The notes: generated by a model from the sequence alone, not told the origin. A DNA stretch of 50,742 nucleotides from Macrostomum lignano (GCA_002269645.1 NIVC01004318.1:1-50742), one strand, 5' to 3'. Positions 1-11,889 are shown, numbered from the stretch's first letter. Numbers and translations are program-made.

Positions 1-230
1 AAACCAGGTAAAAGAAAATTTATAGACTATTTATTATAGACTGGAGTTCAATTTTAATATCTTAATAGTGTTTCTCTTAGGGCTAGTTCATTTCTGGCTG
101 TAGTGCCAAGGTAACCAGGCCATATTAATTAGCCTTAGGTACTTTTCGTGCGATCCATGCGCATGAGGTACGTCTCACCTTTAAGGCTTGGCTGTACATG
201 CCTTTAACTAACTCCCTAATTATTGTACAG

Positions 231-716
231 GCTGCCAAGGGGAGCCAGGCTGAACGCGAGCAATGCTAATGATTATCGCCCTGAGACGTTGGTTCGGAGG
301 CGTCAATGGGAATCCTGGAAGTAAAATAATCCCAGCAACACGCCTTCTGATAGCTACCACGGCGGCTGCGGCGCCGGCTGGCTGGGGGCCGTCAACCCGA
401 GGCAAAGTGATAAAGACGGAGAGCGAGGCGGCGGTCTGGCCGAAGGCTGGGTCGGAGGTCACGGCGGCGGCAGTGAAAACGATGGCGGTTTCGGCGGAGG
501 CGGAGGAGGCGGAGAAGCGATTCAAATGGTAGTGGAGCTGCCGGTGGAGGAGGCGGCTATAGCGGAGGCGGCGCCTCTCTGAACGGAGGCTCCGGAGGAG
601 GCGGAGGCGGCTCGTTCTGCGGCGGAGTCCAGTGTTCTGATGGCGGCACTTCGGACAGGGATCATGGCAAAGTTGTACTGGAGTTGATCGCCCCGTTTGC
701 TGACAGCTGCGAGTGA
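231..716 (+). CDS. 3' exon of a glycine-rich-domain (ALK/LTK GRD, PF12810-like) protein, broken by at least two 1-nt frameshifts
   Basis: Acceptor ttgtacag ends at 230. Joining three frames (+1 A at 323-326, +1 G at ~514) gives ...GGVNGNPGSKNNPSNTPSDSYHGGCGAGWLG...GERGGGLAEGWVGGHGGGSENDGGFGGGGGGGSDSNGSGAAGGGGGYSGGGASLNGGSGGGGGGSFCGGVQCSDGGTSDRDHGKVVLELIAPFADSCE* (TGA 714-716). This follows the GRD pattern GGGxGW..G..EG..GG..GGFGGGGG..GGGGGYSGG..GGGGSF..HGxV. The frame at 231-295 is unresolved and upstream exons were not determined. Confidence 0.65.
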
Positions 717-1612
717 TTTGTCGAAAATAAAACTTGCAAACTAAGGAAATTGAACAATGAAAGCACTCTTTACGGTCGAGATTACTATCGGTAAGATTTA
801 CTTGTCAAAGGAACTATACTGACCAAAAATAAACCATCATCAACTGGGAATATTCCCGAATACACAACTATGGTTTACGAAAGATATGAAACTGTTTGTC
901 TTTAGACGATTTTTAATCAAAAGTACATGAAGTGTAGTATCTGTGAAACGGCTGCGCATCTGCATCATAAATACTTAACTACTGTTAGTAGTAGCTTCGT
1001 TTGCAGACCCAAATTTCTATCAATTTTTCCGATTGACGAGCGTAAACTGCCAAAGCAAGTAAGCTTTTATTGAAGCAAAGTTAAAAACTGAATGTAAGAC
1101 TACATTTACAGAATTGCCTAAACTGCTAAGCGTGATGCCACAAAAGCCAATATATAAAAAATAAGTTCAATTTTTAAAAGCAATTATGACACTAAAAGCA
1201 AAGCAAGATCAGTGCATCCAAAGTATTTCTAATTAAAATCTGATTCTAAAAGCAAATCTACGAACGAAATACGATACGAACGGTAAAAAGCGTCTCTCTC
1301 TCACGGACTAATGAATGACGTCACAGACGTCAAAGGCGCTATATCAAACTACTCATATTTCGCCTAGTGCGCTGAATTTTGCTAAATTCAAATTGCGCTT
1401 TCTGTCAATGAGAGAACATTCCACGTGTTATTACATGTGGTTTCCAATCAAGCTGTTACTATTGACTCTTCGCGTTCGGCCACCGATCGCAATTCTCTTC
1501 AAGTTATTTCTTTTCAACGGAGTTAACATCGATGTCCTTGCGACTTGGCGACGAGTTTGTGTTGTTGTTCGAGCCTCCGTTGCTCGTAGCCGAACTATCA
1601 CGTCCAACTGTT

Positions 1613-4107
1613 TCAACTGGCGGCATGCCGCTGCCACCTGCCGCGCTCATGGAAACCTGATGCCCCGACTGGATTGGAGCAGGACTCAACTCGGCTGGTT
1701 GGGATTTCCTCGGCTATGGCGAATTTTCCGCTATGAGAGCCGCAATTTTCAGCCGACATCTCGTCGAACTTGTGCTGATCAGTAATCGACTGCAGCGACG
1801 ATGGACAGCCGGGCATGCAGGGAAGCGAGTCCTCAAAGCCGAGCTTGTTGAGCAGCCAATAAGTAGTCATCCTGGTTTTGCCCTGGGATCAATAGAAAAA
1901 AATTAATAGAGAAAAATTGAATTTCTCAGAAAGAAATCGGCTCGAAAATTCACCTTCACTTCAATAATCCCGCGCTCCTTGATAACATAGCTGGAATCGT
2001 TGATGATGTAATTCCTGGCTGCTTCCGTCATCTGGATTGCGTTGCCTTTAAGAGGGATTAGGAATAACGAAATATGTTACTCGAAGTTGCTTACGAAAGT
2101 TAAGTCCTACAGCACTTACCTCGGCCATTGGTTTCCATTCGGCTTGAAGTATTAACAGTGTCACCGAACAAACAGTAGCGAGGCATTTTAGAACCAACCA
2201 CTCCTGCGACTACCGGACCTGCAAAAAAGTATGTAGCAATCAAATTTCAACGCTAAAATTTTCCAGTCTGAAGCATCTCAATGAGATGAAACTTGCCCGA
2301 GTGCATTCCGCCTCGAAGCTGCAGCTTGTGTCCGGGCATGTGCTTGATCTCGATGTGGCCAGTGTGGTGCAGCAGGTCGAGGCCCATGCGACAGATCTCG
2401 TCAGTGTGTCGATTTCCGATACGAGTTGGAACGCCTGCGGTAATTAATTATACATGTAGTGAGTACAACTAAAAGTTGTTTCGGGGAGTATACTCAAACT
2501 TTTACGCCAAATAAAGTTCAGTCAAACCTACCACTAGCCACCATGTAGGAATCGCCAATTGTTTCAACCTTGTACACATTGTAGAGGCATATTCTGGAGT
2601 CAAAGCAACTGTAAACAGCGTTGAGCATGTCAACTATTTGAATTGGCGCGCTCTCCGATACTAAAGCAGCGAAGCCAATCAGATCGCTGAAGAATATCGT
2701 AGATTGGTCGAAACTTTCAGCTGCAATGTTTTTTCCACGCTTAAGCTGCTCAGCAACGCTTCGAGGGATCATTTGGTAGAGCAGCTCGTTCGTTCGCTGA
2801 CGCTCGTTGTTGAGATGATTCGTCTGCGTTGCCAGGGTTAAAGCGTAGGACTGAACATCCGACATCACAGCCTGGATGGTAATAACGATCAATGGACAAA
2901 CCAAGATGGTGATGCACAGAAAGCTGATTGTCACGGACAGATCTGCTATATCGTCCCTGGCCGAATCTTTCAGATCCAGAATCACAGATTCTACAAGCCT
3001 CAATTGCACTTCCAGAATAGCATCCATGTAGATTGTCATATTGTCGAACCATTTCGTCGACAATACGCTAGATTTTCTTGTCAAATTCTTGTATAGAATC
3101 TCCGCTCTCATGACCGTCAGGCTTTTCTCCACCGGATGACTTGATTTATTTAGCGCCCTAGCCAGATTGATGGTCACCTCTTCCGAGTAGAGACTAGCGG
3201 CTTTCCGGTTGCTGGTACTGACAAAGTGCTTCTGCAGGTACCATTGATAGTCAGCATGGCCGCGGAAGCTCCCATTTGAGAAGAAAACAGCTCCAAGAGA
3301 GCGTTCAACGCCCATGTTCTCTTTGCAGATAACAAGCATAACATAAGCAACCATCTTTCGCCAGAGTGAGCCATCCCGGGACTTTTGAATAGCAGTGTAA
3401 ACCCAATCAATGAACACCTGTGTCAGTTCGGAATAGAACCTGATTTCCCGGTACAGGCTGGTTTTGAAGTGGTCTAATTCTCTTCTATGCTTGCTTAATT
3501 CTTCCATGAAATTTTCCCGACTACGAAATGTGTCCTTGTGGTGCAACAACTGCTTCTGTTGCAGCTCTTGTCTTAGGGATAAGGAATACTGGCTTGGCCA
3601 TACCGACAACTGCAGCAGAGCTCTGTCCGTCTCCGGGTACCGATCGGTCATGATCATGCGGGTCTCGGAGCTGCCGCTGCCGCAAAACAGCGCCGTCATG
3701 TCTCTTTCCCGTTGAAGCGCGTGAATAACCTGGCCAGTCTCCATCACGAATCGCATGGACTGTCGTACGGCCGCGTTCAGATCGTTCCGCTGACTCACAG
3801 CGGTCATTTCGCTGATGGTGATGCAGCCTAGAGCGATGATTGGTACAAGGATGAGGATCATGATCTTGGCCATCTGCTTGCGCTTGCCGCTGCGAGTCAG
3901 CGGGTTGCCATGGCACAATCGACCTAGACAGCCTCTGTCGGCGCTACTACTGCTGCTGCGAGAGGCACTGCGTCGATGCTTTTTGCCTAATTTTTCAATA
4001 TTTTTCAGCGCCGTGGTTGTGCCCTGGCTCGCGGTGGACGATGACGAGACGTATGACTGGGCGCTGTCAGCGCGATGCTGCTGCTGATCGGCCTCGTTAG
4101 CCACCAT
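1613..4107 (-). CDS. NIT-domain (nitrate/nitrite-sensing-like) membrane guanylyl cyclase (NIT-GC)
   Basis: Exons 4107-2532, 2434-2297, 2218-2120, 2045-1954 and 1882-1613 join in frame (ATG at 4107; the ORF track starts at an upstream TTG). Domain order: TM1 ([18 protein letters not shown]), NIT motifs [12 protein letters not shown] and [15 protein letters not shown]2, signalling helix [24 protein letters not shown], then a class III cyclase with [23 protein letters not shown] and [32 protein letters not shown]. The E and C specificity residues indicate GTP. The C-terminal frame is uncertain (alternative stop at 1504). Confidence 0.92.
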
Positions 4108-5474
4108 TCTCGCGCTTTGAAGGAGGATGAGTGAGAGCTGGGTTCCTGACGGCAAGTATTTGCTCCTGTATATATATAAGCCTTAAGCCTTTGCGGCTTT
4201 AACTGATGGGTAACACACCCCTGCCTGTGTGTGCTCACAACAATCGAACAGCTCTTTGAATTTATTGTGTCTTTCGGAGGTTCCTTTGAACGGCACACGA
4301 AGCGCGTTGTTGCTTCTACATCGGGCAACAGAAGCAAAGGTGTAGCGCGTTGCCAATTAATTATCTGGGATGATTAACTCACCCAGAGATGATTCGCTCT
4401 GCAATCTGAGGATTGGGTAAAGTCGCTAATTGCTTTTCACTTCCCCCGAGGAGGAAGTCCCTCCACAGAGGCCGACAAACAGGGCGATTTAATTATCCTG
4501 TGCTCCAGTCACGAAGCCCAGTGTTGTCCACTTCTTGCACCGCTGAATATCCTCGACTCGCGCCCGATTATGGAATTTTTCCACCTGTTTTTCAGCCGCG
4601 CTTTCATCGTAGGCGCAGATTTGCAGGCAAATTGGGCTAATTGTGGAAAGCTGATTCTGTTAGCTAGTAATTGGTCGCGTGTCCGGTTTAATAATGCATG
4701 GTTAAATTATAGATTCGGCCAGCCTCGTTTTACGCGGCATATTTTTTTTCTAAGGTTTCTGGAGCGACATGCATTTTAAGCACGTAAAAAAGGGACTCAA
4801 AAAAGATTGACGTTTTCGTTCGAACCTGATTATTATTATCTTTGCATCCTTATTTAGTATTGCTTGATGACTTTACCAGGTAAGAAAAGACAACTGTACA
4901 GATTAGTTATAGTTACTTAGAGTCGGTGCTTATTAAAATGATAGCTCTCGCAGGTTGGTTGTATTCATGCAAACACGACGGGATTTTGTCTTAACAACGC
5001 TTGAGCTCAGGCTTGCTCAAATGATTTTGGGGGTGGGGTAAAGTAAGGGGATTTGTAAATTGAGTAGCATGCAACCCATTATTAATAAAGAAATCTGAGT
5101 GACTGAACAAATGAATGCGAGAAATATTAAAGCAATCGGGACGCATGCGTGGAAAGAGAGAGAAACTCAGTTTCCTGTACCTGTACTATCAAATGAATTT
5201 CAAGGTGTTGTCTGTTTTATATAAGCGTAACTCCACAGGTTACTGCCTGTATGTGTGATTAAGATAGACTGATGCTAGTTCGCAGAAGTGACAGAAAGAT
5301 TAACTAGCTAACAGCATACATAGGTCTATACTTGCTAATCAGTTAGCTGGTGTTTCAGTGCGATACCAGCTACCTAAATAGCAATTCCCGAATTACCATC
5401 AAAGTTTACTTCCCTCTTCCAGCGAGTTTTCTTCACGTTTAAACTATAATTGCCGAGTTAATCTAGTTCAGCTG

Positions 5475-6565
5475 TTACAACCGGCTCTCGATAGAGCTAC
5501 TCTGCAGAGCCCCGCACGGGTCGCTCTCTTGAGTTTGAATTTCGTCATCGTTGTAGTCCTCGTCGACGCTACTAGCCGCGGGACAGTCGTCATAGTCGAT
5601 GTCATCGAAGTCACGAAGCCTGACTGAAGAGGACATGCCCGCGACTTCGGCGGCCGTGGCAGTCACGACAATCAGGGAGCCCTTGGACGAGACCTCGTCG
5701 CCTGTGGGAGCTACGACGTTCTCGCTGATGCCGACGCCCATGCCGCTGCCCAAACCGCGTCGTCTTCGTAGCTCCGCGTTTAACAGAGCTCCGGCTACTA
5801 GCATGGCAACGATCGATAGGGCTATTGTCAGCGCCCAAACTAAGGCGCACACTATGCGACTGATACTTCCAGTTTCAGTCGTTGTGGCAGCCAGACCTTT
5901 GACTGGTCGTCTCGGCCTCTGCTGTTGGCCACTAACAACCACGGGCTCCGTTGACCGTGGAATCTCCTCATCAACGCCGGCTGGCCGACTGCAGACGGCA
6001 AACACGCGACTGTAGGCAGTTTGGCCGGGTGAGCACAGAATGCTCTGCGCTCTCGGTGTACTGGTTTCCGATCGAAAGTTTGCGCCGAGAAGTGTGAGAC
6101 AGATCGGATCGGATCGGGGTCGCCACTGGTCGAAGATGTCTGGCGTCTGGACTAGCAAGCAGACGGCGAGTCGCTCATTTGGCCGGTCGCTGCGATGCGC
6201 CTGAAACAGGGCCAGGCGTAAGAGGTTTTCTAGCCGAGTCTCCAGCTCCGGCTGCATCCCCTCGGTAGAAGCGGAGCTGTCTTTGTCTAGTCCAGACACG
6301 CGAAACAGATCGTCGAAGCCTGCTCGCTTGCAGTCGGATTCTAGGCGTTGAAGGCAGTCGGTCACTTGCATGAGGGTCAGCTGCTTACTGTCTGAAGATG
6401 AGGCTGCAACCGACGGTTCGTGGATAGCGGGCAGGGTGGCCAGGTCTAGATGATTGTAGCGGAACTTTGGCGAAGCTTCAGGCGGTCGGGCAGATGACAC
6501 TGAAGCTGCTGCCAGGACGTAGCAAGTACAAGCAGCGAGAGCAGCAACAGTGGAAATTTTTGCAT
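5475..6565 (-). CDS. Orphan single-exon type-I membrane protein (signal peptide, ectodomain, one TM helix, acidic tail); one frameshift near the N-terminus
   Basis: ATG at 6565 gives MQKFPLLLLSLLVL in one frame. Adding 1 T at 6524-6525 continues into the long ORF (CYVLAAASVSSARPPE...), making a clean signal peptide. TM is IVCALVWALTIALSIVAMLVAGALL followed by RRRR; the tail is D/E-rich. No family recognised. Confidence 0.65.
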
Positions 6566-6894
6566 TGGCCTCATCTTCGAAGCACAAAACTATCTCTAGT
6601 CGAGCACTTGAGGCTTGTCCTTTTTCGTTAAAATAATTGCTCGCGTCGCTCAAAGGTGAGTTGAGTTGAGACGGAGGATTCTTTTATCGTTCCGCCTCGC
6701 TGCCATTTGACACGTGGCGCTGTCTCCTCGCTAGAGAGAGAGAGAGAGAGACGGATAGCAATAACGAAGAGGACAGTCCGCTGATCAAAAACAGATCAAG
6801 TATCGCGTGACTGCAGGCGATAAAAGATTAGTAGAGTTAGATATCGAGTGAATATTAGGAGGCCCGAGCGCGATCACGGTCCTATTCTGGAGAA

Positions 6895-6895
6895 A

Positions 6896-6931
<36 letters not shown>
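6895..6931. repeat. (AG)n microsatellite; further (AG)n runs at ~6733-6751 and ~7337-7370
   Basis: Dinucleotide runs seen directly. Confidence 0.95.
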
Positions 6932-6935
<4 letters not shown>

Positions 6936-7330
6936 AGACGGCGCGAGGTGTCAAAAGAAATGAGGCAAATAAAAATATTTCGGGGCTTCAAAGCTGAAGG
7001 CTGGTTGGCTGCGCACATCTTCCATTGGTTGGGTGGACGATGAACTTTTTTGCCACCTCTCACGGTGGCTCCTCCCTTTCTTTCCCTCATTGGGATAGGC
7101 ATGAAAACCTGCCCTCATCTACCGTTTGCACTCTATTTATACTCATCTCTTCTTCATCAGCAGAGCCTTTTTTCTCTCTTCTTTTATAAATTCTTTCAAT
7201 CGCATCTTGAGTCCGCGGTTTCGACGTGCGGTCGGAGCCTGGGGTTGGGAGAGAACGATAGTGGAAACAGATGAAGATGCGCTGTAGCGGTGAATTGAAT
7301 GAAAAACCGATTGGGGACTGAGAATTGAGC

Positions 7331-7361
<31 letters not shown>

Positions 7362-8842
7362 AAAAGAGAGGAGGTGGGTGTTGCATGGTTGATGAGGAAG
7401 CCCAGGAAGCTTCCGGTTCACTGGTCACTACTTCTCTGTTCTTCCTAGCGTCCCAGCAACCGCCGCTGTTGGTCCCATTTGCGATCCCGACTCACCCAGT
7501 GAAAAAGGCCCCGCCCAGCGGCCTTGGGCGCCTCCCCTTCCTTCCTTCCTACTACGTGGCAATACGCGGCGCAATTCCCAAAGTTTAGCTGACGAAAGAA
7601 CCAGTGTAGTAGCTATTGTATCCGCATAGCAAGGGCAGATAGAATGTCTGACGGCAGGATTGTCCACTCGGCCAAACGGTTGTGTGCTCAGAGTCTATAT
7701 AGAATGCCCTAAATGCCTTGAGCAGGCCTTTCTTTCTAACCATCTCGTGCAACCGCGCACCACAAAGGCGCACGCAGAATTTTATATAAATAGTAAAATA
7801 TATTCACAGTGAAGCTATATATCCCAAGTGATTTTTTATGCACAGCTTACGTCCTCTCTCGGTTGCCAACCCATCGGCCATCATTACCATCCAACTCCCC
7901 TGGATGATGGTTTGCGTGAATTTCAACTCTGAGCCATGCAGCTTAAAGCTTGGGTCTCAACTGATGACACTGCAATCGTCTCTAAAGTCCTGCGATAGCG
8001 AATAAGCTTAGTTTAGGATGCAGAGCACGACATCTCCGTATATATATATATATAGTCAGCCCCCAGCATTGAGCTGTTGCTTATGTATTATGTATCACTG
8101 TGAGGAATCCAAGCTTCAATCCTTTCCATTCTAGAAGTTCCCATGGCCTACCTTTTTATTTGCTAAAGTTGGGAATCACTCTTTGAACTATTTATTTTTT
8201 TCATCGGGGATAGAAGCTGGAAGGTATCCAGCCGAGAATTATCGAGCTAGCTGTCAATCAAAAACTATAGTAAAAGTCCGGCTTAGTGTTGCCAGCAGTC
8301 GCGGCGAGATACAACGCATAGGATACTTAAATTCCTCAAGTATTTCTGCATTCTTGCGACAGCACAGTAATCCCATATCTTTTCTGTTTTTCCACAGTCA
8401 GCTTTTGACATTTTAGAGCTTTCACACGTTACCCCGTTGTCCAGCATGGGCTGTGAGAAAAAATTGTGAAAGGCAAGTGAAAGCAAGCCTCGCTGATCTC
8501 GATGAGGAAATTTGCATCGAAATTCCATATGAAGATGAGTCCATAACTTTCCAAGTCAAAAGTCTAAGTTCCTATTGTACTACTATTAGTAGAAAGGAAG
8601 TGCACATGCAGGACAATTTGAAAGTCAGGGTCGCTGTACACCCCGTGTGAGCGGGCAGAATTGCATCAGCGCTCTGCTTTTGAGACGATTTTGTCGAAGG
8701 CGTTACGCCGGAATACCCACAGCACTCCTTCAATTATTGTCAAGACGTCAATACGACGTAAAGATATGAGAGAACAGTTTTATTGGGCAAATGGTTAAAC
8801 AACAGTGCAAAGTGCAGTTCAAACCGATTGAAGCTAAATATA

Positions 8843-11478
8843 TTACAGAGTTGACACAATATTCGTAGATAGTTTCGGTTTATATAAGACTTTGACTATG
8901 TTAGGACTGTTGTAAATAGGAACATTTAACATAGAGCTTAAAATTTGCAGGGCTGTCAATGGGATGTCAACCGAGGCTTCAAGAATGCAGTCCGAGGTGA
9001 AGCTACCGCGACCAATCAGATTCGGGGCGATAGAGCGTGACGTCCTCAGAGCATCTTCAGCTGCCAAGTTCTTATAACTCCGTCGTCATCGTGCGCTGTT
9101 CGGCCAGCCGACCTGAAGAAGCGCAGCAGAAATGGATAGAGTCTCACAGCTCGGAAACCGCGATCCAAAGCGATCAAGGGGTACAGGGTGTCGAATTTGT
9201 TCGACACGTCGTTGAAAGCGTTCGATATAAACGCAATAACGAAGTTGGCAATGTTGATGCTGACAGCCATGACGAAAATTGTGTGCAGCACACAGATTGA
9301 CGGCTTATGCGTTAGGTTAGCTACGTTAATCAAGATTTTTAACGGCGAATAGAGTACATCTCGCGGATTTTTGAACTCTTGGCCAGAGAAATCGGCCAGG
9401 TAGAAAATTGAGCCAAGGATCAGGTAGCCCCAGCCAAAGAGCAACGGCAGCACTAACAGAAATTTGGACAACATCTTGCGAAAGCAGACAGCCAGAAAGG
9501 CGAAAGGTTTAGAAACAACTCGTACGATTCGATCACTGACAGAATGTCAAAGAAGGCGTAAAGCACCGCAGCGCACTCTGCCACGTTGGCCAGGCCTGAC
9601 AAGCGCAAATTCTCATTGGTGACACCCAGAACAAAGTCGGAGCAGTCTAAACTGCCCCTGATTTGTGACGACACAGCGCAGTAGACTAGGCCGAAGCAGA
9701 AGCTGAGAAAATAAGCTCCAAGGTAAAAATTGGAGTGCACCAGAAACTTTTTTCTAGTCGGCATCCATTTCCTAGAAAAGAACTGTCGATCTTTGATAAA
9801 ATTGTAGGAGATCACCAGCAGTTGGGTGCACAGACAAAAGTACATAATGGGCAAGGCAATGTCCATCCTTTCAATAATTTCCCTGCGTCTAACAATCTGG
9901 AAAAACAGTGGCGACTGGTATGCCACAATCATATTCTTCGGATTCTCTTTATCCAGCAGGTAATGGAGCACATTGTCTGCTGAGCAGTTCTTGGGCACCT
10001 CCGAAACGAGGGCTTCCGTGCCATTAGCTGTGCTACTGTTCAGTAGTATCGACTTCAGTAGGTTGCCGTATTCGTAAAATCCCGTCTCCAGGTGGTAGCT
10101 TGACTGTATAATCGATGCTGAAAATGTGGTTGTAAGCGAGTATATGCCGATAAGGTTTCCCATGGCTGGTTGGAAACTGCAGAGGAGTGGAATAATGCTG
10201 GCCACTTCTTTAGCGAGGGTTTCAGTCCATTTTTTAATGACCGGGGACTCTAGGAAAGCTGACCTGGCCAGAGGATCCGCCTGCTCCGTTGTGACCAGAG
10301 TCAGCATGAGCATGGGATGCTTGTCCCTTCGCTCTCCGGTCAACAGATCGTAATCCTGCACGTTGAAGGTGCTGCGAACTCGAACGCCGTGGCTCACCTG
10401 CTTGGTGAGAATGTATCCCTCCACGTGTATGATGAGGTTGAACGTGGAATAGGCTCCAATTAGGATAGAATACTCCAGCGGCCTCAGTCCGTTAGAGTTT
10501 TCCATTAGGCAGAGTGACTGAAGCATGTTTGACGTCGATCTGCAATGAATAGGATTTGCGACTCAGCTAAAGAGCTCAGTAACGATATGGAGAAGCAAAG
10601 AAGCGTTACCATATAAAAGCTGAGTTATTGCGTGGTTAATTAGTTGATTAAGTCAACGGAGTCACGACCAGGACTTTATAGACATCGTTTCGCAATGTAT
10701 AACAACGTATGCAAGCTTTATCAATGGCGCGATACAGGAACAATAGGGACTGGAATCAATCATTTTTATGAGATCAGTAATCTCCTCGTACAAGCTGCAG
10801 ACTGCTCAGAAAGTCAGAAAAATATCGTATAGTCCCTGTTCTTTACAGACACAGAGTCCTCAAAATGATTGTCCATTGCGATAGCTTAACTCACCGCTGC
10901 TCCGAACTGGGACTTTCGAGTGTACATGTACTGCTCAGAATGGAGAACACCCGAGTTTGAAAATCGTCATATTCTCTAGCAAGCCGATAGTCCCCGTCTT
11001 TTGTCGAAATTGTCAGCAGCGCCTTTGCTTTAGCCATGCAGTGCAACAGGCCGGAGCCCGAGTCGTCCTGCATCATCAGCAGGTTCGGATGCTGAGCCGC
11101 TATGAACTTCAACACCTGACTGCTCTGCGTCAGCGTGCACAGGTGAGCGATTCTACTAAAACTAACTTCATCAGATGATGAAGTTACTAGACTGGAAGAA
11201 GATCGGTTCAAGCAGCGAACTGGAAATTGTTGTTCATTGCTAACTGACAGGTGACCGCTAAGGTGCTTGCTGCCAAGCCCAGCGTCGTAGAGTACCTCAA
11301 GCATTTGGTGTGCATCGTCGGACTTGAGGCAGTCAGTCACCAGAGTTGACAGCTGCGGCTCGAATCGGAACTCGGTCTCATAGAAGTGCGGAATCATTGC
11401 TATTCTCGCTTGCTGCCTCGCTAGCAGGAGCAGAAAATGTTTCCAATTCGCTTCTATTATATTCCCCAACGCCCAAAC
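8843..11478 (-). CDS. Divergent TRPV-like ankyrin-repeat cation channel; one intron and two 1-nt frameshifts; 5' end not found
   Basis: Exon ~11478-10895 (ankyrin-like QHPNLLMMQDDSGSGLLHCMA) joins in frame across a GTGAGT..TTGCAG intron (10894-10540) to exon 10539-8843. That exon has ENSNGLRPLEYSILIGAYSTFNLII (last-ankyrin-like), several TM helices, and IFVMAVSINIANFVIAFISNAFNDV...LIALDRGFRAV (S6/TRP-box-like). Frames are rejoined by +1 A at 9528-9529 and at 9072-9073. Confidence 0.7.
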
Positions 11479-11889
11479 CTAACCCCAACTGCCATTGGCT
11501 GCATAGTTTGTGGATCTACTAATTATTAACGATGAAATCTCGTAATCACGGAGATCCTGAGTCTATTTGTCTACCTGACAGTTGCGCTCTATATAGTAAA
11601 CAAGCTGTTGAAACCCGCGGATTTTGAACCCGGGGAATTCCAATCCCGGAACTATTTTTCCATGTTTTCTGAAATCTGAGGCCATACTCAAACAAAAACT
11701 TTTTAATAGTTAGTAGGATAGAGATAGACATCAAATGGAGTACATTTGTGTAAAATTAGAATTTGAGTCAAACATTGATCTTGTTGGTTGGGTTGCTTTT
11801 TACTTTAAATAGGCAGTTAATGTCTGTCTGACTCTAAAACATGTATCGGCAAACTCTGGCCTCTGCCTCTGACTCTCCCTACGTCCCTT

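Noticed and set aside
220-532. ORF-track proteins 220-525 (-) and 263-532 (+)
   Set aside because: These are mostly off-frame or antisense readings of the Gly-rich exon.
9475-9525. A 51-nt GT..AG candidate intron to explain the TRPV frame break
   Set aside because: Its length is a multiple of 3, so it does not change frame, and the segment translates to a plausible S4-S5 linker.
10540-10894. Protein-like fragments inside this interval of the TRPV-like locus
   Set aside because: They would need at least four frameshifts, whereas a canonical phase-matched intron joins the flanks. Not fully excluded.
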